Positions 1-10,106 of a DNA stretch of 64,000 nt are shown piece by piece (within the stretch, counting starts at the first letter, position 1; every line of letters starts with the position of its first letter). The notes below the pieces were generated by a model. It was not told the DNA's origin. It saw nothing but the letters and a program-made list of their open reading frames with translations, and did no database searches. The stretch is taken from NCBI GenBank assembly GCA_030704615.1, contig CM060732.1, forward strand, positions 6,076,001 through 6,140,000, written 5' to 3'. This DNA is from Takakia lepidozioides. Taxonomy: Eukaryota > Plantae > Bryophyta. The position numbers were made by a program, and so were the translations under genes.

Positions 1-340
1 CCCAAAACAGACCCGTCCTCGAGTCTCGCAATCCATTGCCATGCCGGTTGATGAATGCCCTTGGCAGGGCCAACCTGCCACTACCAGATCAATGGAGCCA
101 ACCTGCTCCAAATCCGGCGCCCCAGCAGCAACAAATGTCTGCTGGCAAGGCTTGTTGGTATCCACGAACTGCAGACACTGGCAACAAAGCAGGGTACTGC
201 TGTACCAACTGAGCAACATGGCGCAGTGAGACGCGTCGTGCAGTCTCATCCCTCTCCACATACAGGTAACGCCTTACCCGCACACCTGCCTGTAGCACAG
301 CAGCCAATCCGGTGCTGATCCCGCCAAACAAGTCCAGAAG
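1..340 (-). pseudogene. C5 cytosine DNA methyltransferase domain (motifs I-IV), frameshifted, continues beyond window
   Basis: Minus-strand translation gives LLDLFGGISTGLAAVLQAGVRVRRYLYVERDETARRV from 340 (motifs I-II), then IDLVVAGWPCQGHSSTG (GWPCQ at 75-61, catalytic motif IV), then GNGLRDSRTGLFW (about 40-2). Two single-base frameshifts lie near 133 and 43. Confidence 0.9.
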
Positions 341-699
341 GCAATGCCTTCATCCGGATACTGCCATACAATAGGTGTGGTATCCAATGGTGACAACTGA
401 GGTGGTCCTGGTGCAATACCCGCACTCTCCTCCTCTCCTGACGGTACAAAAGCCTCTACCCAGGCTTGTTGCACCCGTCGATCAGCAAACCTGCTGCAAA
501 TCCTTGCTCGTACCCCACAATGGAGTGTGAGCAACCATGGCAGCAACTCCGCCATACCATGCATGTCATCCTGCTCTGCTGGAGGTGGCACATCCTCTGC
601 ATGGGCATTGCCTTCCAGCAACTCTCCAGGCCAACTAACTGCAGATATAAAGGCGGCTAGTGTTGGCATCTTGCCCCGTTGGGCAGCCGCAATACCCCC

Positions 700-1130
700 A
701 ATGAATGTCACAGGGAGCTGTGCACGACGACCATCCCCTGACTGCCATCCAGGCCTGTAGAATGTTGACTCCTCCCAAAAGTCCAGGGTGAAGCCTATGG
801 GGTATAACACTGCCCCACCAACGAGGACATCGTAAGAGACCGCGTCTGTCACAATGGCCTTGGCTTGCATTACTGAGCCATCGATAGGATGATCCGCTGC
901 AGTCTAATGGCCAACTGATGCCGTGTCATGCCCCGAGCCTGCTCTGATCCTCCCAGAGATGTCTGTATCTGGAAAGGACAAGACTCCATATCCGCCTCCA
1001 TGAGGCCGAAACCTGCAATAGTAGCTCTGCCCAACATCAGTGGCTGAGCTCCCGAGTCCAACAAGACCCGCAGTGGCCGGTACTTCTTGCCTGCCGGTCC
1101 ACTCAAAGAGAAAATGTCATCCTGGTTGTC
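700..1130 (-). pseudogene. Retropepsin-like aspartic protease of the retrotransposon
   Basis: RVLLDSGAQPLMLG (DSG at 1059-1051) in ORF 870..1430 and the C-terminal AVSYDVLVGGAVL..IGFTLDF in ORF 274..870, split by a frameshift near 870-900. Confidence 0.8.
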
Positions 1131-1746
1131 TAACAAGACAACTCCAGGTGTCACCATGGCGCGCTCAAAAGCTGGCCTAGCTGGCAGCTCCGTCAACCTG
1201 GCAGCTGCAGCTTGCCATGGCGCAGCCGTGGCACTCTTGACCCTCAAATCCGAGGATCCCTCTGCCACTACACCTTCCACTAACTCCGCAGAAGATGAAG
1301 TGACCTCCCCACTCTCACAGAGTGTTGCTGCTAGTCTGAACACTGCAGTTGGCCTTACCCCCGGCGTCACAATTATGGTTGCCGAGAACAGTGGGGCTTG
1401 ACACACAGAGGTGGCTGCCCCCAATAACACACCGCTGCACTAGCCTTGGTAGCAGGTGTCAGTGCTGCACGTGTAGCTCTCCCCAATGCATAGTAACCTC
1501 CGCCTCGGTAACAGTCGGGCGAGAACTAGGTGTCATGGATGGCGTCGACACAGTCTCGCCAATGTGAATGACTGAGGAAGCCTCGCCTGACGGCTTGCCT
1601 CCCCACGCTGTGGATCCAATTCCACCTCTGCACCTCAAGGCTCAGGAACTCGTGCTGCTCCTCGAGTCACAGCTGCAGCAGACTCCACCTGCACTAGTGG
1701 TAGTGCTGCTCCGCACATGAATCCCATGCCTCCCATAAACCCCTCT

Positions 1747-3201
1747 CTAAGAAGTAGGAGGTGGACCATCCCGCCGGGGAGCCGTTACCGCCTGAGCTAT
1801 AGCCATTGCAGCGAGCCTCTGCTCTAGCTGCTGAAGCCGGTTGACCATGCCTTGGTCACACCCTGACCACCGCGTCCTTGGCCATGTTGAGCTTGCCCTT
1901 GGCCTGCACCTCGTGCCCGACCACCTCGTCCTCTCTGGGCTGGTCCACCTCGCCCCCGGCCACCATTGTTCCCTTGGAATGGCCTGGGCGCAACTCAGGA
2001 TGCAAGTCATAACACTGGGCATCTCCATGCCCATACTTGCCACAATGCCACACTGCAACTGTGCAGGCTGTGCTTGTGCCGGCCTTCTGCCACTCTCTGG
2101 GCAATCTCTCTTGACATGGGGTCCTCCACATGTCCAACATATCACCCCTGGTTGCTGTTGACCTGCAAAAGATGCCACGGGCCTCTGCACCTGAGGTCCC
2201 CTGTAAGCTCCATGGAACTTGGGTTGGGAAACCTTGCCCCCCTAACCACGCTGTTGGGCAGTCCCTTGTGCCTGTGGGCTGGCAGCTACGCCTCGTGCAG
2301 GCATGTCCTTGCCAAATCCAATGGTAATAAGTCGCTCCTCCACCATGTTGAGCTCAATCCGCTCAGCCAGCAGAAACACATCTGCTAATGTGGGTTGGGC
2401 TGCTTGTAACAGGGTTGCATCTTGCACCCTTCTCTTGAGCTCCTTGTCCAAAATTCCATACCAAAAATGGATTTGCGCTGTAAGTCTTGCAAACTTCACA
2501 GCTTCTCCTTGGTAGTTCCTCCGCAACTCTTGGAAGAACTCCACCACCGGGTTGAATCTAGGCACATGTGTTGTAGTCGTGGCAGGAGGAGTAGTAGCAC
2601 CTTTTGAACTGGTACCACCTGCAGAAGTACCGGCACTACTTGTTCCACTACTAGTGCTGGTAGTGGGAGATATTGGTACTGATGCAGCTACTGGTCGCGT
2701 CGTGCCTCGAGTAATGGAGACGTAGTCAGGTGACCAATACATCCTCCACTCCTCAATCTCTGCTTCATGTCCTCGCCTGAACTCGTGGTAATCGTCCATA
2801 GGCGGGCCTTCCAAATGCTGGAACAGTCCCTTCCACGCCATGAATGGGGTGAATAGCTGTGGATTGCGCATCTGTTGCAAATCACACCAGCTGTCGAACT
2901 CCTGGATAAAGTCATCCAAATCGATTGTGCCCACAGCTCCAGAGTACCTACGAGGCCCCTTGGTAGCTCCATACATCTCCTCTATGTCGTCCCACAACAA
3001 TGGCGAATGAAACTGCACATCTGTTGATGAAGCCTCCGAGTCTGTGTCTGACTCTGCACTAGTTGAGGGTGGAGGTGAAGGTGGTTTGAAACGAACACCT
3101 CGTCTGGTGAACCCACTCTCACTGCTACTGCCTGTAGTCGTACTCCCCTCAGAACCCCTGGGTAACTCCGTGATGACACTCACAATGTGTACCTCCCCCA
3201 C
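1747..3201 (-). pseudogene. Retrotransposon Gag with two CCHC zinc knuckles
   Basis: PRRYSGAVGTIDLDDFIQEFDSWC capsid-like start. Knuckles CWTCGGPHVKRDC (2139-2101) and C-WHCGKYGHGDAQC (about 2053-2012, with a 1-nt frameshift). Confidence 0.8.
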
Positions 3202-3720
3202 GTGACACTATAAGGCTCTATTACTAATTCTAATAGTGACACGGGTAGGCATCTGTTGCAGTTTAAGGGTCATATCCCAGCGGCTCAGGGCACCTACACC
3301 TGCATCCACCGCAAGAACTCCTATGGTTGGCTGGTCATCAACCCAGTCTCACCATAAAAGAAACACTGGTGGTCTTGCTGGTCATCACTCCAGCCTCACC
3401 ACCGACAACATACTCTAGGATTGACCGGTGATCAAATCCGGCCTAATCCCTATGAAAGCAAGCGCCCACACAAAACCAACATGGCGCGCAGTCAAGCATG
3501 CAGGTGTTGGGGGGGATCCAAACACAAGAAATCAAAACATCAACACCCCCACACCAAAATCCATCTGCAGTGCTGATCTGCAGAATATCCCAGCCCAAAA
3601 CCCCGGATTGACTGGCCTCCACCAAGAGAGGCTTTGGCAACTACAAGTACAAAGTAATGAAAATAGTAAAGAGATGGAGGGGAAGAATAGAAGCCCGACC
3701 AAGCAAGATCTAATCCTGAT

Positions 3721-4470
3721 CTATGCTATCAACTGCCATTCTTCTCTCAAAGTGCCTCGCTCTGCATGATGGTAAGGTGTAGGAGGTATATCTATGTCCA
3801 GAAACCTGCCACTAACCTTGTCCCAAGCTACAGTAGCTCGCTCTAACCAACCCTCCTCCTCTCTCTGCCAGGTAGAGACAAAGCAATACTCCCCTATCTC
3901 CCGCTCACTGAACACTAAAGAAAACAAAGGTAGGGTCTGATAGTCTCTCAACTCGAAAGCTTTGAGACGGTTGCGGGTGTCCTCATTGCGAATGACTGTA
4001 TCTCCCTCAAGCAAAACAAACTTGTCATTGCTAATGAACCCCCGCTCATGGTTGCCTTGTGCAGAGTGTGTCCGGCTGCAACCATGTCTGATTGCACAAA
4101 CTTGTGTAGCTCCTGCTCCTCTGCTCCAGTACACCACGGCCTTGTGGCTGAACACCTTGGTCCCCGGGGCTGTCTTTGGCTGTGTTCCAAGCCTAGCTTT
4201 CACCCACTTTGGTATTTCACTTACAGCTGCAGAACTGCTGGCTCCAACAGAGTTCTGACTGTCCAAAGCAACATTGAGGCCCTCAACGCCAACTACAGCA
4301 GTTTGTTGTCTACTGCTAATGCCTGACTCCCAGTATGCAATCAACTCGTCCAACTGTTCTCCACTCACATCAGTCTGAGTTCCTTGGGAAACATAAATCT
4401 TGTCCCCTTGGGTGCACAAGCTAAGAGAAGAGACCCGCCCTTCAATTACGTCCTCATTTCCCCCAGCCAT
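3721..4470 (-). CDS. Uninterrupted 249-aa ORF of unknown function upstream of gag
   Basis: ATG-initiated, stop-free, globular-looking composition, same strand as gag. No motif recognised. Confidence 0.45.
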   Translation of the reverse strand: MAGGNEDVIEGRVSSLSLCTQGDKIYVSQGTQTDVSGEQLDELIAYWESGISSRQQTAVVGVEGLNVALDSQNSVGASSSAAVSEIPKWVKARLGTQPKTAPGTKVFSHKAVVYWSRGAGATQVCAIRHGCSRTHSAQGNHERGFISNDKFVLLEGDTVIRNEDTRNRLKAFELRDYQTLPLFSLVFSEREIGEYCFVSTWQREEEGWLERATVAWDKVSGRFLDIDIPPTPYHHAERGTLREEWQLIA

Positions 4471-4725
4471 ACAAGGAGTACATCCCCAGATTTATCTCTC
4501 ATGTAGACCAGAACAGGTTCTAGAAACAGGATTGTGGATCTTTCATGGCACATTCACACTCTAAAAATTCCATAGATTTTTAGCAGAGTCCCAAAAACAA
4601 AAACCAAGTCTAGATAGGTAGATATCCCCTTTCTGCAGCTATCCCCCCAAAAACTGGGTCAAACAGAGTCCATTTGACAAAGATATGACCAATTTGGCTC
4701 TAAATCATTTAAATTGGATCAAAAG

Positions 4726-5295
4726 GTTTTTTTTGTTTTTTTTTTTTTTAACACCAAAACGTTCTTGCCATTACAACCTGTTCCCAAGTTATCTACGGGT
4801 TCCCGAGGCCGTTCCCACATATATACCCCTCCCCGCTCCCCTGCGTTTGTACTTACTGCTTCTGCTCGCTTGTATTACTGCTCCCCCGCTCCTCTGTGTT
4901 CGTGCTCCCCTACTGCTTCCGCCCCCCCCGTAAAAGTTGCCTTGCTTGATTGCATCATCATTTGCATCACCCAAGGCAGCCTGAGACAAGTACTTTGCAG
5001 CGAGTTGGACACGCTTCACATTCTCCTGCTCTTGCACCAGCATGTGTCCATACTGCATCAACTTTGCAAGTGTCATGGCCGGCTTCTGAAACCCCGGGGG
5101 GCCTTCATTGGAATTTACCAGCTTTTTGCCTATGTTCTCCACTCCTACTAAAGTGACCCAGGCCCTAACTGCATTGTCATACACCCGAGCCCTCACTGCC
5201 CCAAAGAAGTCAATGGACTGCCCAGGAAATGCATCCACCAAGACTGTTATCTCATCAGGATGTACATTGTCTTCTCTAAAAATTGCCCATGCAAA
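4726..5295 (-). pseudogene. RCA: Processed 3' fragment of Rubisco activase mRNA with 3' UTR and poly(A)
   Basis: IFREDNV...FPGQSIDFFGAVRARVYD...EQENVKRVQLAAKYLSQAALGDAN..IKQGNFYG, intronless, followed by about 170 nt of UTR and an A-tail (T-run at 4726-4749 on +). Confidence 0.9.
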
Positions 5296-5380
5296 ACCCT
5301 GCTTCCACTCTGGGGTCATACTGTGATTCACAACCTTGGTTTGTCGAGGAGGACCACTTCCAAGTGCAGAGCTTACAGAA
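5285..5380 (-). pseudogene. CSI1: CSI1-family C2-domain fragment (sense with the RCA part)
   Basis: FCKL-(fs)-ALGSGPPRQTKVVNHSMTPEWKQGFAWA matches the C-terminal C2 domain of CELLULOSE SYNTHASE INTERACTIVE proteins. Confidence 0.8.
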
Positions 5381-6550
5381 GGAAGCACTGAAGGCCCTGG
5401 AGAGTGCATCAAATAGTTGGCCCAATGCAGTGGCAGATGCAGGGGGCATAGTGGAGCTTTCCACCCTCATTCTGCAAGTGGATCCTCAGCCTCCACATGC
5501 CCTTTGGAAGCAGCAGCACTGGTGCTTTCCAATGTGCTCCGTTTCAGCTCACAGTATTATCTCAAAGTACTAGTTGCGGTGCTTGTGAAGTTGCTGCGCC
5601 CAACCTGTGAGGCAACAGTGGTGGTGGCACTGAGTGCACTGCTAGTTCTGGAGAGGGATGATGCATCTAGTGCTGAAGGCATGGCTGAGACAGGTGCAGT
5701 GGAGGCACTGTTGGAGCTACTACGGTGCCATCAGTGCGAGGAAACTGCGGCACGCCTTGTGGAGGCATTGTTCAACAACGTCAAAGTTCGTGACATGAAG
5801 GTGGCCAAACTTGCCATTGCACCTTTGTCACAGTACTTGCTCGACCCACAGACACGAATACAGCCAGCAAGGCTGTTGGCAGCATTGGCATTAGGGGATC
5901 TGTTTCAGCATCAGGGCCTGTCTCGCAGTAGTGATGCAGTGTCAGCCTGCCGTGCTTTGGTGAGCTTGTTGGAGGATCAACCAAAATGAAGATGGTGGCC
6001 GTGTGCGCGCTGCAGAACTTTGTGCAACAGCCGGTCCAACAAGCGTGCAGTGGCTGAGGCTGGTGGTATTCAGGTGGTACAAGAGCTCCTGGCCTCAAGC
6101 AATTCGGAAACTGCAGGGCAAGCTGCTGCATTGATCAAGCTTGTCTTTTCAAACCATACCATTCAAGAGTATGCCTCGAGTGAAATTATTCGGGCTCTGG
6201 CAGCTGCCCTTGAGAAGGATTTGTGGGCAACAGCATCAGTGAATGAGGATGTTGTGAAGGTCATGACAGTAATGCTTGGAAACTTTGGCCGGTTGCGCTG
6301 CATGGATGCTGCCACACATAGTATCGCGCAGCTGGTGGGTGCACTAAAGGCTGACAATGAAGGAGCACAGAAAGCAGCACTTGAGGCTTTGTTCCTACTA
6401 CGTCAAGCCTGGTCCTCCAGTCCTGCCGAGGTAGGAAAAGCACAAGCCATGGCAGCGGCAGAAGCCATTCCTATGGTGCAACTGTTGATGAGGACAGGCC
6501 CCCCACGCTTTCAGGACAAAACAGACAGCCCGCTGCAGTGCCTGCCAGGA
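5365..6550 (+). pseudogene. CSI1: CSI1-family armadillo-repeat fragment (inverted), intronless, frameshifted
   Basis: [75 protein letters not shown]. Frameshifts near 5508 and 5985-6025. Confidence 0.9.
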
Positions 6551-6654
6551 AGACGAGAATATTGTTGGCTTTGAACTGCTGCAGCGACACTTCGAGTGGT
6601 TCCCGCCTTCCTGTTATGCTCCACTAGGCACACATAGCCAGTCTACCTGCAGGC

Positions 6655-7099
6655 TCTCGTGACCAAGCTATATTATAATAGTGCTTAAAAACAAAAACGT
6701 CACGTCTAGCTTAGCACTAGAAAACTAGATATAGCTGATCTCTCTCGAGTGATAAGAAAAGCTAAAGGACACACACTCTCAACACAAGAAATATGAAATC
6801 CATCGCTATCACTCTTTAAAATAGAAGTCGAGCCAGGGGCACCCCAAGCTATGGGGACTCCACCCCACAACAACCTACACTCCCATCATAAGCACACTCA
6901 GATCTAAACGCATGAAGGAGCTCGGTCACGCAGGCTCAACTCGAGAGAGATGAGCTGCGCGACTGCGCTCTCGTGAAGATAAGGCGTTTCAGGTGTCAAA
7001 CTAAACTTGACACCTGACTTAACACTTGACATAAATCCAAGTGTTAAAATAACTAGCTTTATTCTAGTTGTTTTCACACTGTGCTTATTTAACTTGACA
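6655..7099 (-). mobile_element. Possible degenerate LTR with PBS-like sequence
   Basis: On - it starts TGTCAAG at 7099, has a TATA-like tract and ends next to TGGTCACGAGAGC (iMet-PBS-like but imperfect). The terminal CA is missing. Confidence 0.25.
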
Positions 7100-7101
7100 T
7101 A

Positions 7102-7262
7102 TTTTTTATTTTTTTAGGAAAGGGGACAGTGGCCCTTTTAATCAAATTAAATAAAATAGAGTTCACAAAAGGTGGAAAAAATAACCACCAGGGAGGTCGT
7201 AAAGGCTAACCGAGGGGGAACTGATTTGTGAACTGTAGCTCCCAGGTGTTTCCCTTTTATTA
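7102..7262 (-). mobile_element. LINE 3' UTR terminus with A-tail
   Basis: Reads GGTTATTTTTTCC...GGGCCACTGTCCCCTTTCCTAAAAAAAATAAAAAA on -. The same terminal motif occurs at about 17017-17059 and 49758-49789. Confidence 0.65.
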
Positions 7263-7274
7263 AAGAAAGGGAAA

Positions 7275-10106
7275 ATGGGAGTGCATCGCAGTATGTGGGA
7301 GTGCATCGCTGATGATTTCCTAAATATGGCCAACGATGTCCTTCAGAAAGGCATCATGCCCTCCCAAATGTCACAGGGAGTGATCACTCTCATTTATAAG
7401 AAGGGGGACAGGGACAATCTCTCCAACTATAGGCCTATCACTCTTTTAAACTCCACCTACAAAATCTTGGCAAAGGCGCTTGCCCTACGCTTGCAACCGC
7501 TCCTCTCCAAGCTCATAAGGCCGGAGCAAACTGGCTTCCTAAAGTACAGGATGATTTTGGACAACATCCTCCTCACTAATGAGGCCTTGCATGTAGCTCA
7601 TTCGAATCAACAACCCTTGGCTTTGCTTATGCTGGATTTCCAGAAAGCTTTCAACAATATCAACTGGACATATCTGTTGGGGGCCCTAAAAGCCATTGGT
7701 ATCAATGGGAGTTTCCTATCTTGGATAGATATCCTCCTTTCTTCAGCCTCCAGTAGAGTTATCATCAATGGTACCCTCTCCAATTCTTTTCAGCTCTTTA
7801 AATCTGTCAGGCAGGGTTGCCCATTAACCCCTTTCATTTTCCTCATTGCTGCAGACGGGCTTGGACACTTAATGGATAAGAGAAATGATTCCCTTGGTCT
7901 CATTATCCCTCACTCCCCATCTCTGGACCCCTCTACCTCCATTAGATCTTCTCTCTATGCTGACGACACTACTTGTACATAGATAATAGATCCTCTGCCA
8001 ATGTCTCCTCCACTCTTAGCTCCCTTAATAGCTTTTGTGAAGCTTCCGGCCTGAAGATAAATTGGGGCCAGTCTATCGGCCTTCTCAGCCAGCTGCCAAC
8101 AAATGCCATTCTGAAACATTGTGATCTATGGGGAGATGACTTGGGGTTAAAGTGGCTTGCTGAGGGCCAGACCCACGAATCTCTGGGACATCAGATTGGG
8201 ATTGACATCTATTGTAATTAAGCTGAAAAGAAGATTTGCATACTGGAGTTCACTTCACCTTACAGTGGTTGGAAGAGCCTTGGTGGCCAATCAAATATTG
8301 CTGGCTTCCTCTTGGTTCACCTCCTCTGTATGGTCACCGGGGGCATCCTTCATCAAGAAGCTCAAATCTCTGACTCGGAATTTTATCTGGGGTGCCACGG
8401 ATGCTGCATCTAATAAAAGAGCACTTGTTAGTTGGGCTCAGATCTGCCAGGGAAAAAAACATGGTGGTCTTGGAGTGCTTGATCCAGAGTCGCAGATAAC
8501 AGCATTGCTGGCTAAATGGGTACCGAGGGTTTTCACCAACTTATCTAGTCCCTGGAGTAAATTGGTGAGGCACCATTTGATGGTAGCGGTGCCTAAAACA
8601 AGCCCGTGTTGGCCTCCATCCCTAAGATGGACTGTGCAAGGAGGAAAAACGAACGCCAGACCTGCTGTTGGATCCAAAGCTTGGCAATCGATATGGATTT
8701 CCTGGTCTAGGCTTCGTGACTCCCTCTATCAGCTGCAACCCACCTCCTATGATGAAGTAATCAGACAGCCTCTTTTCGGAAACTTCAACAGGGACTCTGA
8801 GACCTTGGTGTACTGTTCTGAAAGATGGTCTCATTGGGAAGCAACAGGTTTGTCGCACATGCTGCATTTTTGGAACCAAGATTCTGGTTTGCCTATTTCC
8901 ATGGAAGAAGCAGCAGCAGGGTTCTCCCAGAGAAGAGTGGCTTCTGGTTGGGGCACAATTTTGGAAGACCTCCCCCCCCATCTGGACTCAGTTGTTGGCA
9001 AATCGACACTTGAGATCTGTTCCTAGATGGCTTTGGAGAAATTCGCGCTATATGCCACATCCATTGATCCTAACCACATTTTTGGTACAAGATTCAGTGT
9101 GGCAAGTGATGGTCTTCTCCTTAATCCCCAGCCTTTCGAGCTTCCTGCCAGGTCGGACTGCTATGACATTAGAGTATTCTGCTCAATTTCTGGTAAAGCT
9201 GATCCCACCCCCCCCCCCCCGCTTGAGCTCCAACTTTACAGTGGCTTCTTCATATGGTTCCTATCAGCTCCTGTCGGTCAATTGCAGTTTGACCCAGGAG
9301 AGTGGCATTGGATGAGCAAAAACAAGGATCACTTCTTCTCTTACATGGTTAAGATAGGGTATTCTCTACTGATGCCCAATCAAACCTTTGACCGGAAATG
9401 GTCAAACAAATGGGCTCACCTTGGCAGACAACCGATTCAATGGAAACTGGTATGGGCAGACATATGGAGAAAGCAGAGATCTTCCAAAGTGTCTGCCTTT
9501 CTTTGGAAAATTGCCAATCGTATAATCCCAGTTGGACATTACATCTCTGACCCTCCTTTGTCATGTGCCACATGCAATATAAACGCCCCTGAGGATCTGG
9601 AACATTGCTTAGTATCCTGCCCACTTGCTGGTTTAGTTTGGGCTCTTGCTATCTCCCTTTATTCTTCTTGGGACAGGGATCTCATATACCCCATTTATGC
9701 TCTTCTTCTCAATATGAAGGATGGCAGATCCTTCTGCTCTTGCCCTGTTTGGGTTGCTCTTAGAGGCATCATTCTCTGGCATATCTAGAAAATGAGATGC
9801 TCTACCCTCTTCCAAAATTCAATTCCCTGTTTGCAGAAACTTTTGTTCTTAGTTCACTCAGACATGTTGTCTAAGGCTCGCAAGGCATGGGATGTTTTGG
9901 TGGCAGCTCTTTCCAGGTGTAATAACAGAAGGAGAAACCAGCTCGTTGCAGCATTTGACAGCTCGTGGGGGAGGGGAGGGTTCTTCTGCAGACAGATTTC
10001 AGAGTCAAGAGTTCAGTGGTTCGAAGACCTCCCACCCTGCTGGCAGCTCCATACACTAGAAGCATTTGTGTCTTTTCCGAATCGACTGCATGTCCAAAAC
10101 CACTGA
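7275..10106 (+). mobile_element. L1-clade LINE ORF2 remnant (RT + zf-RVT), 5'-truncated
   Basis: NYRPITLLNSTYKILAK, LDFQKAF, SVRQGCPL, LYADDT, KHGGLG, and KVSAFLWKIA...CATC...EDLEHCLVSC. In-frame stops at 7982, 9026 and 9788 plus a frameshift near 8200. No endonuclease domain. Confidence 0.93.

Larger units (their letters stand above)
1..4700 (-). mobile_element. Ty3/gypsy-like LTR retrotransposon 5' part (extra ORF - gag - protease - C5 DNA methyltransferase), truncated by window edge
   Basis: Co-oriented gag-like ORF, two CCHC knuckles, a DSG aspartic protease and a DNMT domain in polyprotein order. RT/RNaseH/integrase would lie left of base 1. The right boundary is approximate and no matching LTR pair is visible. 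Confidence 0.75.

Noticed and set aside
1-340. Host DNMT3/DRM/CMT gene or bacterial contaminant
   Set aside because: It is intronless and collinear with gag-protease. Motif I precedes motif IV (not DRM-permuted), there is no chromodomain insertion, and the flanks are plant nuclear sequence. A phylogeny is still needed for a firm answer.
4789-5412. Functional 207-aa Rubisco activase gene
   Set aside because: It lacks the transit peptide and most of the AAA+ domain, and its N-terminus is CSI1-derived sequence.
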